A DNA stretch of 63,519 bases, filler included, from Octopus bimaculoides (GCF_001194135.2; 9 parts of 8 records of this genome joined end to end with filler, not necessarily neighbours in it); one strand, 5' to 3'; counted from the whole stretch's first letter, positions 1-10,994 are shown. Notes: generated by a model not told the origin, from the sequence alone. Made by a program: numbers and translations.

Positions 1-115
1 TGACTAGTGAGTCATCTTCAGTGTTGTGATTGGTAAATGCTTCTGTGAGTCTTAATTTTCTACAGAATTCTGTTATACTGTCCTTCACTTCATTTTGGTT
101 GGCTCTGCGTGGAGT

Positions 116-283
116 TGGGTTAGGGTTAGGGTTTTAGGGTTGGGTTAGGGTTATGGTTATGAGTATTTTGGAAAAATACTCATAACCCTAACCCTAACCC
201 TAACCCTAACTCTAAAACCCGAACCCTAACCCTAACCCTAACCCTAACTCTAAAACCCGAACCCTAACCCTAAAACCCTAAAG
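116..283. repeat. Telomere-like (TTAGGG)n/(CCCTAA)n inverted array with a central hairpin, probably part of a non-autonomous repeat extending to about 630
   Basis: Degenerate TTAGGG units at 116-160 and CCCTAA units at 185-283. Perfect 15-bp stem 155-169/173-187 with a GGA loop. Confidence 0.8.
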
Positions 284-1506
284 CTAAAACAAGTACAAAC
301 GCACGAACGATGTCATAAATAACAGTACCGCCGATAGTTGTTGTTGACAAACAACAGCACTAATTTTATTCAGGGGAAAAGATCCCATTACACCGTCACA
401 ACGTGTTGTTTACATTCCACAGCAGTAATTGTTTTCACTTCAACAGACGTCAGTGATTGGTTGAAATTACTGAAATACGACAATTTTAACACGAAATAAC
501 TTTAAAAAGATAAAATTTTCTCAATAACAGTAAGAGCAAAAGATGTTTTATATGACACATTCTACCAGTGTCCCAAGTTTGAAAGTGTTTCGTTAGAAAA
601 CAAATGGTGTCCGCCAAATCAGAAAGATCCACATTATTCTAGAAATAAGCATTATAAGGTTTCTTTTTATATAAAATTAGTGTACTCTTATGGTTTAGAT
701 TGTTTTATGTATTCTTCTTCTCTTACTGAACCCTTAAATCCTTTTCTATATTTCAATATTTTAATAGATAAATTTTGCTAAGTTTAGATGCACATTTTTC
801 CCGTACTTTTTTCCTGTACTTTTAATTCTCACACTTAGATCTCAATGTGACCTCCTTTGGTCTCCATTTTAGGCCGCTTTTAGTTAATAATCATAATATG
901 CTAAGTCACCACTGACCTTCCTCTTTTTGGTTATCATCTCGTCTCTACATATCATTATCTTGCTAGCATCTTCTGAGACATATTCTTTTATGTAGGTATG
1001 ACTGATTTTATGGTCATGGCGAAATAGGGGTAGGTAAGCGTATCTGACATTAATTAATTTATCACCAACAAGAACTGAACTGTCGATTCCTAATGGTTTT
1101 AATTCTAAGGGTATGTAGACTACTTGCTGCATCAGGTCTTTCGAATGTGATAAGGATAGAGATGGATGTAGATATATCACCATTCCTCTTTCTTGACCAC
1201 CATTATTTCCTTCTGCCACTCAAAATTATAGTAGGCTTTAGGTATTTTCTCCCTAAATTCATACTGCTATAATAATAGCAAAAAAGAAGCAATGTATTTT
1301 AGTCTCTAATACTGATGAAAAATTTGCTAAAAAATTATAATGGATTTCCTATATGTTGGAAATCTATATGATCGTACGCATCCGATGAGTACGGTTTATT
1401 TCAAATTGATGTAATGTTTGCATTGATCGATTAAATGGAACCGCTTGAAGCGGCCGTAATGCACTGATACCTGGACATTCTTGTTTTACTTATTTGCTTA
1501 CGCACA

Positions 1507-1561
<55 letters not shown>

Positions 1562-1734
1562 GTAAATATGAGAGCTATAGTATTTAAAAAAAATATTATC
1601 GCTGGTATATATAAAATAGATACGTATATATTTTATAAAATGAAATTGAAATGTACCGATAGGCTCTGTCTGAGTTGTAAGAGAAAGGGTGAGGGGTATT
1701 GAGATAAGTGGATTGTGTTAGATGTTTGGGGATT

Positions 1735-2400
1735 TTACGCCAGCTGCTCGTTCAGATAAACACGTTCTTCTGTCCATGACATAGTACCATATATAACACC
1801 AGGAAACGCTGTTGGTTTGCTGGTGATATCATTAATGATTAGTACGGTGAGTTTTGATTCTTATAATCAGAATTCGACTGATATCTATTGAATTATAATG
1901 GAATTAAATCTTGCATAATGTCGTTTCGGGGTATTAGGAATACATGTTCATAAACCACTTAGGGATTTTGCAATTCCGAAAAAGTATAGGGTAACATTTT
2001 AGAAGCATTTTCTGAGAATTCTAGATATACTGAAAGACACATGTTTTTGAATTATAAAACCATTAGTCTCGCTTACACCTGGAAACTGACCATTGCCCCT
2101 GTTTGAAGTAAAAGCTTTGCAATTTAGGCCGCTGAGACATCTGTAATAAGGGCCACTGTAATTTTGGTAGAATGATGTTTTTCTCTTCTGAAAATAAAGG
2201 TTTCTTCGGGACATGCTTTCAACTCATCAGCAGATGTAACTATTGTGGTGACAAGCAGAGTTTGCCTGAATTTACCAGGAATCATTTCAGGTGCGACCAA
2301 GAGACTCACATGAATGTCTGTAAAACATTCTGCTCGAGAATCTAGAGTGATGTTATACCATGGATATTATATAAGTTCTGTCTATTTCAACAGATTATAA
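1735..2400 (-). pseudogene. Possible decayed immunoglobulin-like domain coding sequence
   Basis: One frame reads LNCKAF...SRILRKCF*NVTLYFFGIAKSLSGL*TC. The two Cys are about 58 aa apart and the end resembles the Ig F-strand DxGxWxC. Several stops and frameshifts. Confidence 0.3.
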
Positions 2401-2885
2401 AAGATTTCTGATTTATTGATAAAAATCAATGAGCTGTTTCAAATATATGATTCTTATTTCTCAGAAGTCGCAGAGGGCGAAACATTGCAAAAACGGATTT
2501 CTCGATTCAAAATATATTATAGAAAGAAAAGAACGATGGCACATACTACAGATTACATAATGATCGGCAAAATATTGATATTGAAAATAAACAAATGACT
2601 GCGAGTAGTTACAAAGAAACATGTTTTTTGTTAATGTAAGTTAAAAGTTATTATGAATATTTACTGAAAGTAATAGCAACTTACTATAAAGAAATCTCTC
2701 TCTCTCTCCCTCTCCTTTCTCTCCCCCCTCTCTCTCTCTCTCACACACACACACATGCACACACACACATGCACACACACAAATTTATAATTTTGATGAG
2801 TATGTGCAAAGGAGAATATTAGAAAATGTTCTTTCGGTGACACCGATATAAAATTGAAATATAATTCAAATCGATCACACTATTA

Positions 2886-3120
2886 TTAACCTTCTTGTAT
2901 AGATTTTTTAAGATTATTCCAGAAAACATCACTTGTTGGGTTCGTCGTCGGAAAACATATATAACTCTGCATTTTGATTTGATGCTGTAATTGCAAAGGT
3001 AGAATGTCTACAGAGAGTTCTTCGAGCATTATGACAATTACCAAATCTCTTTCAGCGTGAACACATTCCATTTTAGCCATGTTATATTCAAACATACACC
3101 ACTCACTTGACAAAAAGCTC
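2886..3120 (-). CDS. TLR: Toll-like receptor, coding exon 2 (C-terminal half of TIR)
   Basis: Acceptor TTTAATTTCAG|G at 3121/3120. The phase-2 join AG+G=Arg gives LLSR-SFLSSEWCMFEYNMAKME...DVFWNNLKKSIQEG*, which supplies the TIR SxWC and box 3 FW motifs in frame. Total length 825 aa. Confidence 0.95.
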
Positions 3121-3282
3121 CTGAAATTAAACGTAATTATACATTGATATTATAACTTAATATATACATTAACAAATATCAAAATTTACTGGTAAAAACT
3201 AGAGGAGAGATGAAGACATGGGTGGGAAGAAGAAAGATTGAGAGGGAAAGAGGGTGGAAGTTATAATAATAATTATTATTAT

Positions 3283-3369
3283 AAGGCGGTGTGCTGGCAG
3301 GATCATTATCACGCCGGGAAAGATGCTTAGCGGCATTTCGTCCGTCTTTACCTTCTGAGTTCAAATTCT
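3283..3369 (+). mobile_element. SINE family A 5' fragment, inverted relative to the adjacent copy
   Basis: AAGGCGGTGTGCTGGCAG...GAGTTCAAATTC head. Confidence 0.75.
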
Positions 3370-3602
3370 TATTTCTTTATTGCCCACAAGGGGCTACACA
3401 TAGAAGGAACAAACAAGGACAGACAAAGGGATTAAGTCGATTACATCGACCCCAGTGCGTAACTGGTACTTAATTTATAGACCCCGAAAGGATGAAAAGC
3501 AAAGTCGACCTCGGCGGAATTTGAACTCAGAACGTAACGGCAGACGAAATACTGCTAAGCATTTCGCCCGGCGGGCTAACGTTTCTGCTAGCTCGCCGCC
3601 TT
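3370..3602 (-). mobile_element. tRNA-derived SINE, family A (GGCGGCGAGCTGGCAGAA head), near full length, in the TLR intron
   Basis: Matches many copies in the window, with the GAGTTCAAATTCC B-box-like motif and GTCGACTTTGCCTTTCATCC body. Confidence 0.85.
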
Positions 3603-3970
3603 ATTTTTTTTCTCTCTTTTTAAATAAAAAAAAAATTTTTTATTGTGACAGAGCAAACAATGAAGATCCCAAACTGGGAATACCCAGTTCTGGATGGAGN
3701 NNNNNNNNNNNNNNNNNNNNNNNNNNNNNNNNNNNNNNNNNNNNNNNNNNNNNNNNNNNNNNNNNNNNNNNNNNNNNNNNNNNNNNNNNNNNNNNNNNNN
3801 NNNNNNNNNNNNNNNNNNNNNNNNNNNNNNNNNNNNNNNNNNNNNNNNNNNNNNNNNNNNNNNNNNNNNNNNNNNNNNNNNNNNNNNNNNNNNNNNNNNN
3901 NNNNNNNNNNNNNNNNNNNNNNNATAGGTATCCCATTATTCCTTGTCCCGCAGTTATCGCCCTTTGATGA

Positions 3971-4043
3971 TGACGTCATAGCCGCCATCTTGTCACTGCC
4001 ATCGATTACATGGAGAATATTTCCTTCATCCGGTTTATATAAA
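3971..4043 (+). promoter_or_regulatory. Putative viral capsid promoter: CRE, YY1 site, TATA box
   Basis: TGACGTCA at 3971-3978, GCCGCCATCTTG at 3981-3992, TATATAAA at 4036-4043; VP ATG at 4072. Confidence 0.6.
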
Positions 4044-4071
4044 TAGACATGACCAAAGCTGTCTCGTCATT

Positions 4072-5245
4072 ATGCCACCGCCAAAGAAGCGGAAAGGATC
4101 CGACGACGAAGAGCCTTCCATGTCTAAGATACCATTCAGAAAGAAGAAAAAGTTATCTAAACCTGTCAATCGAACTTTACCAGGATACGACATTTTAGGA
4201 CCCGGGACAGATCGCGAAAAAAAAAAAAGAAATACTACCCAGCAAAAAGCGAACTAGATCAAGTCACGAAAGAGCACGATCTAGCCTATGGAAACCCAGA
4301 CGTTGATACTTGGGAAGTAGATAAACAATCCATTGGTAAAGCAATTGCACCAGGTCCAACTGGAATACTCGCATGTGCAGCAATCGCTGCAAAACATTGC
4401 GCAGGACTTGACTCCTACTTTCGTCCTACTCCTACTGACACTACTGATTTTGACGAAAATATGGCGGCTATGGATACTAGCGAAGAAACACCTAAGCAAG
4501 ATGGAGGAGGTGGATGGCAGGGATTCCGCTTAGGTGACGAGCCGGACATCCCCATCCCAACAGGCCCTTTCAAAAGAACAGTCACGTTCACTCGAAAATA
4601 TCACAATTGCATAAAAACCAATGACATGATTTCAGCGCAAGGAGAATTCGAAAGATTAGATTTCGATTCTACTGTCACTACAGGACCCACCAACTTCAAC
4701 AAAGCCTACGCACCAGGTTCCTGCAAATCGACAGACTACATCGTACCATACTACCTAACGACATGGGTGAAACCAATCGAATGGGAATGCATGCTATGAC
4801 CTGCCACGTCGTACAGAGTGAAGGAGTGCGGATTCAAAATCAAAAATATCACGTGTTTTCAGAATGGTTAATCAGCAAAAACGAAGACCAGTTCATAAAC
4901 AACCCACTTCCATACTTTCAAATTTATATCGACAGAGGCAAATATATCGGATACAACAATTTACGCGGGATTAGCCAGATACCAAACTCTGGATTTCAAA
5001 ATTGTTTCCCGACAACAGTCGAGCAACTCATACTATCAACATATGACTATCATTATGTTGCAAGCGTAGCATATTTAGAAGATATGGGCGTCGACTTTTC
5101 AAGTAGTACAGGCACAATACCCATGTACAAGCTACACGATTGGAGAGAAATGCACGATGTGCAAGAACTACGACAGAGAGATTCATTCGTCCATAAATGG
5201 ACAAACCACTCCCTTCTGAAAACGCCTCTCACAAATACAGAATGA
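4072..5245 (+). pseudogene. Endogenous parvoviral (densovirus-like) capsid VP1/VP2 gene, decayed and 3'-truncated
   Basis: MPPPKKRK NLS, then TLPGYDILGPG and, after a frameshift in A12 (4217-4228), ELDQVTKEHDLAY (parvoviral PLA2 motifs). The frame stays open from 4230 through a putative VP2 start at 4461 (GGGG, TVTFTRKYH). In-frame TGA at 4797, then PATSYRVKECGFKIKNIT, a second frameshift near 4860, then FINNPLPYFQIYIDRG. It ends where a SINE fragment begins, at about 5250. Confidence 0.88.
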
Positions 5246-5249
5246 GAGG

Positions 5250-5360
5250 CGTTCAAATTCTGTCGAGGTCGTCTTTACCTTTCATCCTTTCGCGGTCGAT
5301 AAAATATGTGCTCAATGTAATCGACTCATCTCCTCCCCGCAAATTGCTGACTTTATGGGA
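5250..5360 (+). mobile_element. SINE family A fragment at the 3' junction of the viral insert
   Basis: GTTCAAATTCTGTCGAGGTCGTCTTTACCTTTCATCCTTTCG resembles the family body. Confidence 0.7.
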
Positions 5361-5777
5361 AAATTTGAAACCATCTTCCTTTGTGTCTCCGTCTATACCG
5401 CTAAATTAGATGTCCTATAAATAGATATTAATAGAAAACACAAGACTAACAAACTGAAATAAGTTGATGTAATAAGAGAAATACTAGCATTTGAGGTTTG
5501 TGCTGCAGTATGACCACAGTCAAAATATTAAAGCCAATAAAAGGGTAAAAATATAAAACTCAATTTAAAGAAAATCTAAATTTTCTGTTTGAGAGCAAAT
5601 GATTTACTTAAACACTTCAAGCAAGTGTAGGGATTGACGGTTTAAATTTCTTTAAAAAATGGCTAAAATTTATCAAAACGTAAGGAAGCTTTGTTCATAG
5701 GCGAAAATAAGAGGAAAAAAAATTCGAAATGAGATTAATGCATTTTAACGGAATACTAATGAACTGTAAATATTTAC

Positions 5778-8020
5778 CTGCTAAGTAAAATAAGACATTT
5801 TCGACTGGACTGGATAGCAGACAATATATTTTCAGCAATCTGTTTACCTGCGGGAAAATCTCGATGATGGATATTCAGTTTAAACGTATCCTTTTCTTCA
5901 AGTTCTGGAATTAGATATTCAAAAACACAACCTCGATCTTCTTCTGCATAAGATACAAAAGCGTCATAAAGATATTCTCCAGTTTGTATTCTCTGATATG
6001 CGTATCGTTCTCGGATCATGTAATACAAATATCGTAGTTTCCATCTAAAATGGTAAACAAGAGCTCCGAAAGAAAAGCAACCCAGAAGCACAATAAGACA
6101 TGCTACAGTGATAATTATACCGATAAATGATGAACAACTGTGGTTAAGATAGGTTATAATCAAAGGAAGCCGGCTGTCTGTCAACTTCCACACTGTTCCG
6201 TTAGGATGAGTACATTTCGAGTACATTATTTTCAAATGTGCTGAATTGCGTACTTTGTGCAGCCAAGTGAGAAATCTAATTTGCGCACAACCACATTTCA
6301 AATTATTGCTTTGTATGTTGACAGTGAGTTTATGGTATTCAGATATCTTTTCAATAGCATTAAAAGTGTTTTCTGACAGTTCCTGTAAAATGTTTTTAGA
6401 TAAATCTAAATATGATAAATTTAACATATGACTAATCTTTACATCAAACGATTCCAATAAATTGATGTGTAAATTTAAGATTCTGAGATTTTTCAGCTGT
6501 AACAAACTGTTGTTTGATAAATATCGAATGTGGTTATTTGAAAGATATAATTCTTCGAGGTTGGTTAAATTTAGAAAAGCTTTACTGAAACCTTCTTCGG
6601 CAACTTGCCCTGAAATTCCTATTGCGTTATTTTCGATATTCAAAAGTCGCAGACCAGTGAAAAATGTGAAGAATTCGTTACTGATATTATTGCATTGATT
6701 GTGACTTAAATCCAGAATTTGTAATTGTTCTAAGCCTCGGACTGGGCCACTCCATGGACAAAATAAATTATTCGTTGCATTAATTAATCTTATTGCATTT
6801 GCATCTCTTATATGGAATGGTGGTATGGGAAATTGATAGTGGCAACCTTGTAGTAAGAGTGTTTTAAGAGATTTGGAGATTGTAAAACTGTAAGTAATAT
6901 CCCTATTGAATAATTTATAACGAAATAATGGAAGGTTTTTATGTGATAATGTCGTACTAATGTCGATTAATTTAATGTTGGATAAAGTCTTGATTTCAAA
7001 CAAATATTTTCCATATGTTAATATATTATTTTTCAAATATGCGTATTCCAATGTTTTGGGTAAAGAAGAAATAAAATTGGGCTCTATATATTCTAGTCTG
7101 TTATAGTTAAACTCAAATCTTTTCAGTGATGTATAATTTAGATAAAATGCTTCTCTCGCATATAAGGGCATTCCAAGGATATTCCTAACATTGATATTAT
7201 TGAGGGCAAGATATTCAAGATAATAAGTGGTGTGAAAATTTTTGAAGAAACTATTGTATCCCAAGCGAAAATTATTATATGAAACATCAAGAACTCTTAG
7301 ATTATTGAAACGTTGAAATATACGTGTACTAGCTGAATGTATTTTAGAGTAACTGAGATTCAAGAAGGCAACATATGGCGTATTCAGAAATATAACGTCA
7401 GTGAGGTGATTTATTTCTGAACTGTTCCGCTCTGTAGCAAAGCTAATATACTTTAACTTTGACAGTTTTAGATATCCCACTCCAAATACAGACTTTGAAG
7501 TCCCTGTTATATATAAATATTCCAGTGAAATTAAATGAGAAATAGTTTTATCGATATAGGTTGTAGACTGTTTTAAGAGGTTACCTCGTATTTTCAGAAT
7601 TTTCACTCTTGTTAAATTTCGGAAAAGTTTTATAGGAAAGGAACAATATCTGATAGATAGTCTGTTGTGCTCTAACGAGAGTTCTCTCAAAGACCACAAA
7701 CCTTGAAAGGTGGTCGGTTGTAAATATTCAAGGAGATTATCGTCAATTTTCAGCACCTCTAATAAATTCAAATGTCTCAAACTATCCGCTGAAATACTTT
7801 TAATACGATTTCGACTTAAATCTATTGACGTAACATTCTTTGGAAAAGTATCAGGTATTTGAGTTAGATTTTGGTCTGTACAGATTACAGTACAGCGGTT
7901 GAAAATAATCTCAGTACAGTTGCAAACATCAGGGCAGTCTGTTCGACAATTTGCAGTCACTTTAATAAATGTTTTCATGAAGTAAGCAAAAACCATAATG
8001 AATATTCTCTTCATTGTCAT
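5778..8020 (-). CDS. TLR: Toll-like receptor (single cysteine cluster type), coding exon 1: signal peptide, LRRNT, LRRs, LRRCT, TM, N-terminal half of TIR
   Basis: 748-aa ORF. Contains LRRNT CPDVCNC, many LxxLxLxxNxL repeats, LRRCT NNLKCGC, TM IGIIITVACLIVLLGCFSFGALVY, TIR box 1 YDAFVSY and BB loop HHRDFPAG. The ORF stops at a GT donor (AG|GTAAAT; intron starts at 5777). Confidence 0.97.
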
Positions 8021-8671
8021 ATAGATATTTTCATACCTATAATAAAAGAAATATAAATAGTTTTAGCTTGGCAATATTTAGTAAAATCTATGATAGCTCA
8101 AAGTCTGATGATATATGAACATGATAAGACGGAAAGAAAGATATCTTACAAGTGATACGGGGAAAACTAAAAAGCGGAAAAATATTTGTTGTTAGTCTTA
8201 AGCGAGCTGTAATTGAAAATAGGTAATTTTTAAAGTCATATAAAATATGAAATAATGAACGCAAGTGTTTTAATGAGTTAAGGTATGGATATATTCTTAT
8301 ATTCAGTGTAGTTTATTCACTTCATTATAATTTATCAATTAGCATTTATTCATCATTTTGTACACGTTTACTAGTAATACGACTATATAGAGAAATTAAA
8401 CGTTGGAGAACTAGAATCATTTCATGGTATCCTTTCACGGAGTAAACTATTTACTTTATTCTAGCAATCATAAAAATGGTTATAAAATACTCATTTCATT
8501 GAAATCATCGGCGAGTAGAGTTTTATGGCCTTTCATATAAACAGAGACGTCTACTGTCAGAATTTCGACGTAAATTTGCGTCATTACATATCTTTTGAAT
8601 TTCCGCTGTTCTAAACATCATTTTATCGCATCGAGCACATACGAGGTGGTATCAAAACTTTCCCACACTAG

Positions 8672-8743
<72 letters not shown>

Positions 8744-8902
8744 ACATATATACATATATAACACAAGATGTGAGTCTGTCTGTGTGTTTGTCATGTCGTT
8801 AAAACTCGAGATTCATACAACCAATTTAATGGAATTTTACACATGCATTACATTGGGTTCATGGCGAGTTATGGGCCAAAGAAATTTTCAACTTCTTACC
8901 TG

Positions 8903-9300
8903 GGCACAGGAGTGGCTGTGTGATAAGTAGCTTGCTTACCAACTACATGGTTCCGGGTTCAGTCCCGGGCAAGTGTCTTCTACTGTAGCATCAGGCCGAT
9001 CAAAGCCTTGTGAGTGGATTTGGTAAACAGAAACTGAAAGAAGCCCGTCATACATGTGCATATATATATATATATATATGTGCGTGTATACGTTTGTGTG
9101 AGTGTGTTTGTCCCCCCCCACCATCGCTTGACAACCGATGCTGGTGTGTTTACGTCCCCGTTACTTAGCGGTTCGGCAAAAAGTGGCCGATAGAATAAGT
9201 ACTAGGCTTACAAAGAATAAGTCCTGGTGTCGATTTGCTCGACTAAAGGCGGTGCTCCAGCATGGCCGCAGTCAAATGACTGAAGCAAGTAAATGAGTAA
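8903..9300 (+). mobile_element. tRNA-derived SINE, family B (GGCGCAGGAGTGGCTGTGTGG head)
   Basis: A-box/B-box-like motifs TGGCTGTGTGG and GGTTCAGTCC, an internal (TA)n tract and a GAGTAA tail. Similar copies lie near 14380, 18060, 27590, 40985 and 45849. Confidence 0.85.
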
Positions 9301-10994
9301 ATGAGTAATGCGGGCCGAGGGGCAGATAAATCGCATTTTTAAACATTTTCCCAGCGTTAAGGCTCGTAACTCGAAGAGTATCCAGTCGCTTTCCTCCAAA
9401 TTTGCAACAAACATTAATCAGGGTCCTCGAATTGCTGTTAACTAAAAAAAAAATTTCTGTCGCTGACTTTGCCCCCCACCACCACAAATGCAGATTAATC
9501 AGATTTGAGTATACTACACTGGGCTTTATCTTTGTTTTAGGCCATTTTCCGACGATAAAATATTGACAGTACTTATGCATCATAAGTAGCGTATAATATT
9601 TCATGAAAACGTGTTTGTCCAATTTGGCAGCGGGAATGAGAACATTAACATTTCTGTCGGCACCCTGTTGATGCTTCATGTTAACATCACGCGCACCACC
9701 GAGCCATGTGCGTGCGTGTGCGGCTGGGTAAAGGCGCAACACACCCATTCATCCATTCTCCAGAATTGCCCTGTTGATGTTTCACGTTTCCAGTCCTGCG
9801 CAACGAAGCATGGCCCGGCAGTATGTCTTTTTTCTATGTTATCCGTATCTAAACTAAATAATGCATAATGTTCATACAAAAAAACAAACAAAAAACTGCT
9901 GTTGTGACTCACAGCCATTTGAGTTTGACCGCGTTTCCACTTCCGGAAGCTACACTCATCACCTGCAAATAGTCCCCCCACCCCGTGTTCCCTACCTCGT
10001 TTAGTCGGACGAGTAAATACAGAGTGTCCCAGATTTAATGATGATTTGCGTGAAATCGGATGCATTTTTTTAAAACTCACTTTTATTTACGTTTATTATG
10101 TTTAATATCTATTAAAAGTGTATAAATTTTGAATTTTGTTTATAATTTTATTTTCATTCCTGTTGGACCCCTCTTATTTGTCCATGACAGTTTTTTTTCA
10201 ATTTGGCAGCAATCATTTCCTTTACCTCCATCCCCAAGATGAAGCAATCGTTTAGCTGAGCGTAAAGAACACGTTTAACTAGCAGTGCAGGAGCTAACTC
10301 CTGAAATGCTTCAAAATGTGTTTCACAACGCTAAGGAGAGATTTGGAGTATGCAGACATACAGACATGCTGAAAACTTTTAATAAAAGTTTGACGTAAGA
10401 TTTATAAATTTATTTGTTTTGGTAATAAACATAAAATTTGTCAGATTTTAAAAAAGAATTGCTTAATTTCACTGAAACAGATAGTTAATTCTGGAGCACT
10501 CTGTCTGGCGTAGCGTTGTTAGTTGTTGCGTTGCTCGAGTAAATATTCCCATCTTTTTGTTAAGCATATTGTATCAATGAGTATAGTATCCAAAATGTAT
10601 CTCTCTTTTATAGGCGGCGCTGTGTGGTTGAGAAGCTTGCTTTCCAGCCATGTCACCTTGGGTTCAGTCCCGCTGTGCGGCACGTTGGGCAATTCTCTTT
10701 CATTACAGCTCCGTGCCGATAAAAGCCTTGTGTATTATATAATTGCCATTACTGTATTGATATGTAAAATGACACATACAGCTCACTTATTGTCATATAA
10801 TAAACAAACAGAAGTTCGTGTATAAAACTGATCTTTTTCAACCTCAATTATTACATGTTTTTTTCTTATACAATACACACATACAGGAGGATTAAGTCTA
10901 TGAATATAACAACACTTTGAGGAAGAGTAAAAGTAATTACCCGATCAACGACCGGTATTACTGCTAGTGTTTAATAAAATTCAACTTATTTACC

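Noticed and set aside
3645-4046. Viral NS1 C-terminus upstream of VP
   Set aside because: No SF3 helicase or HUH motif is visible and most of the interval is N, so it cannot be supported.
9272-10080. 158-aa and 134-aa minus-strand ORFs
   Set aside because: No recognisable domain; they overlap a SINE tail and probable transposon sequence.
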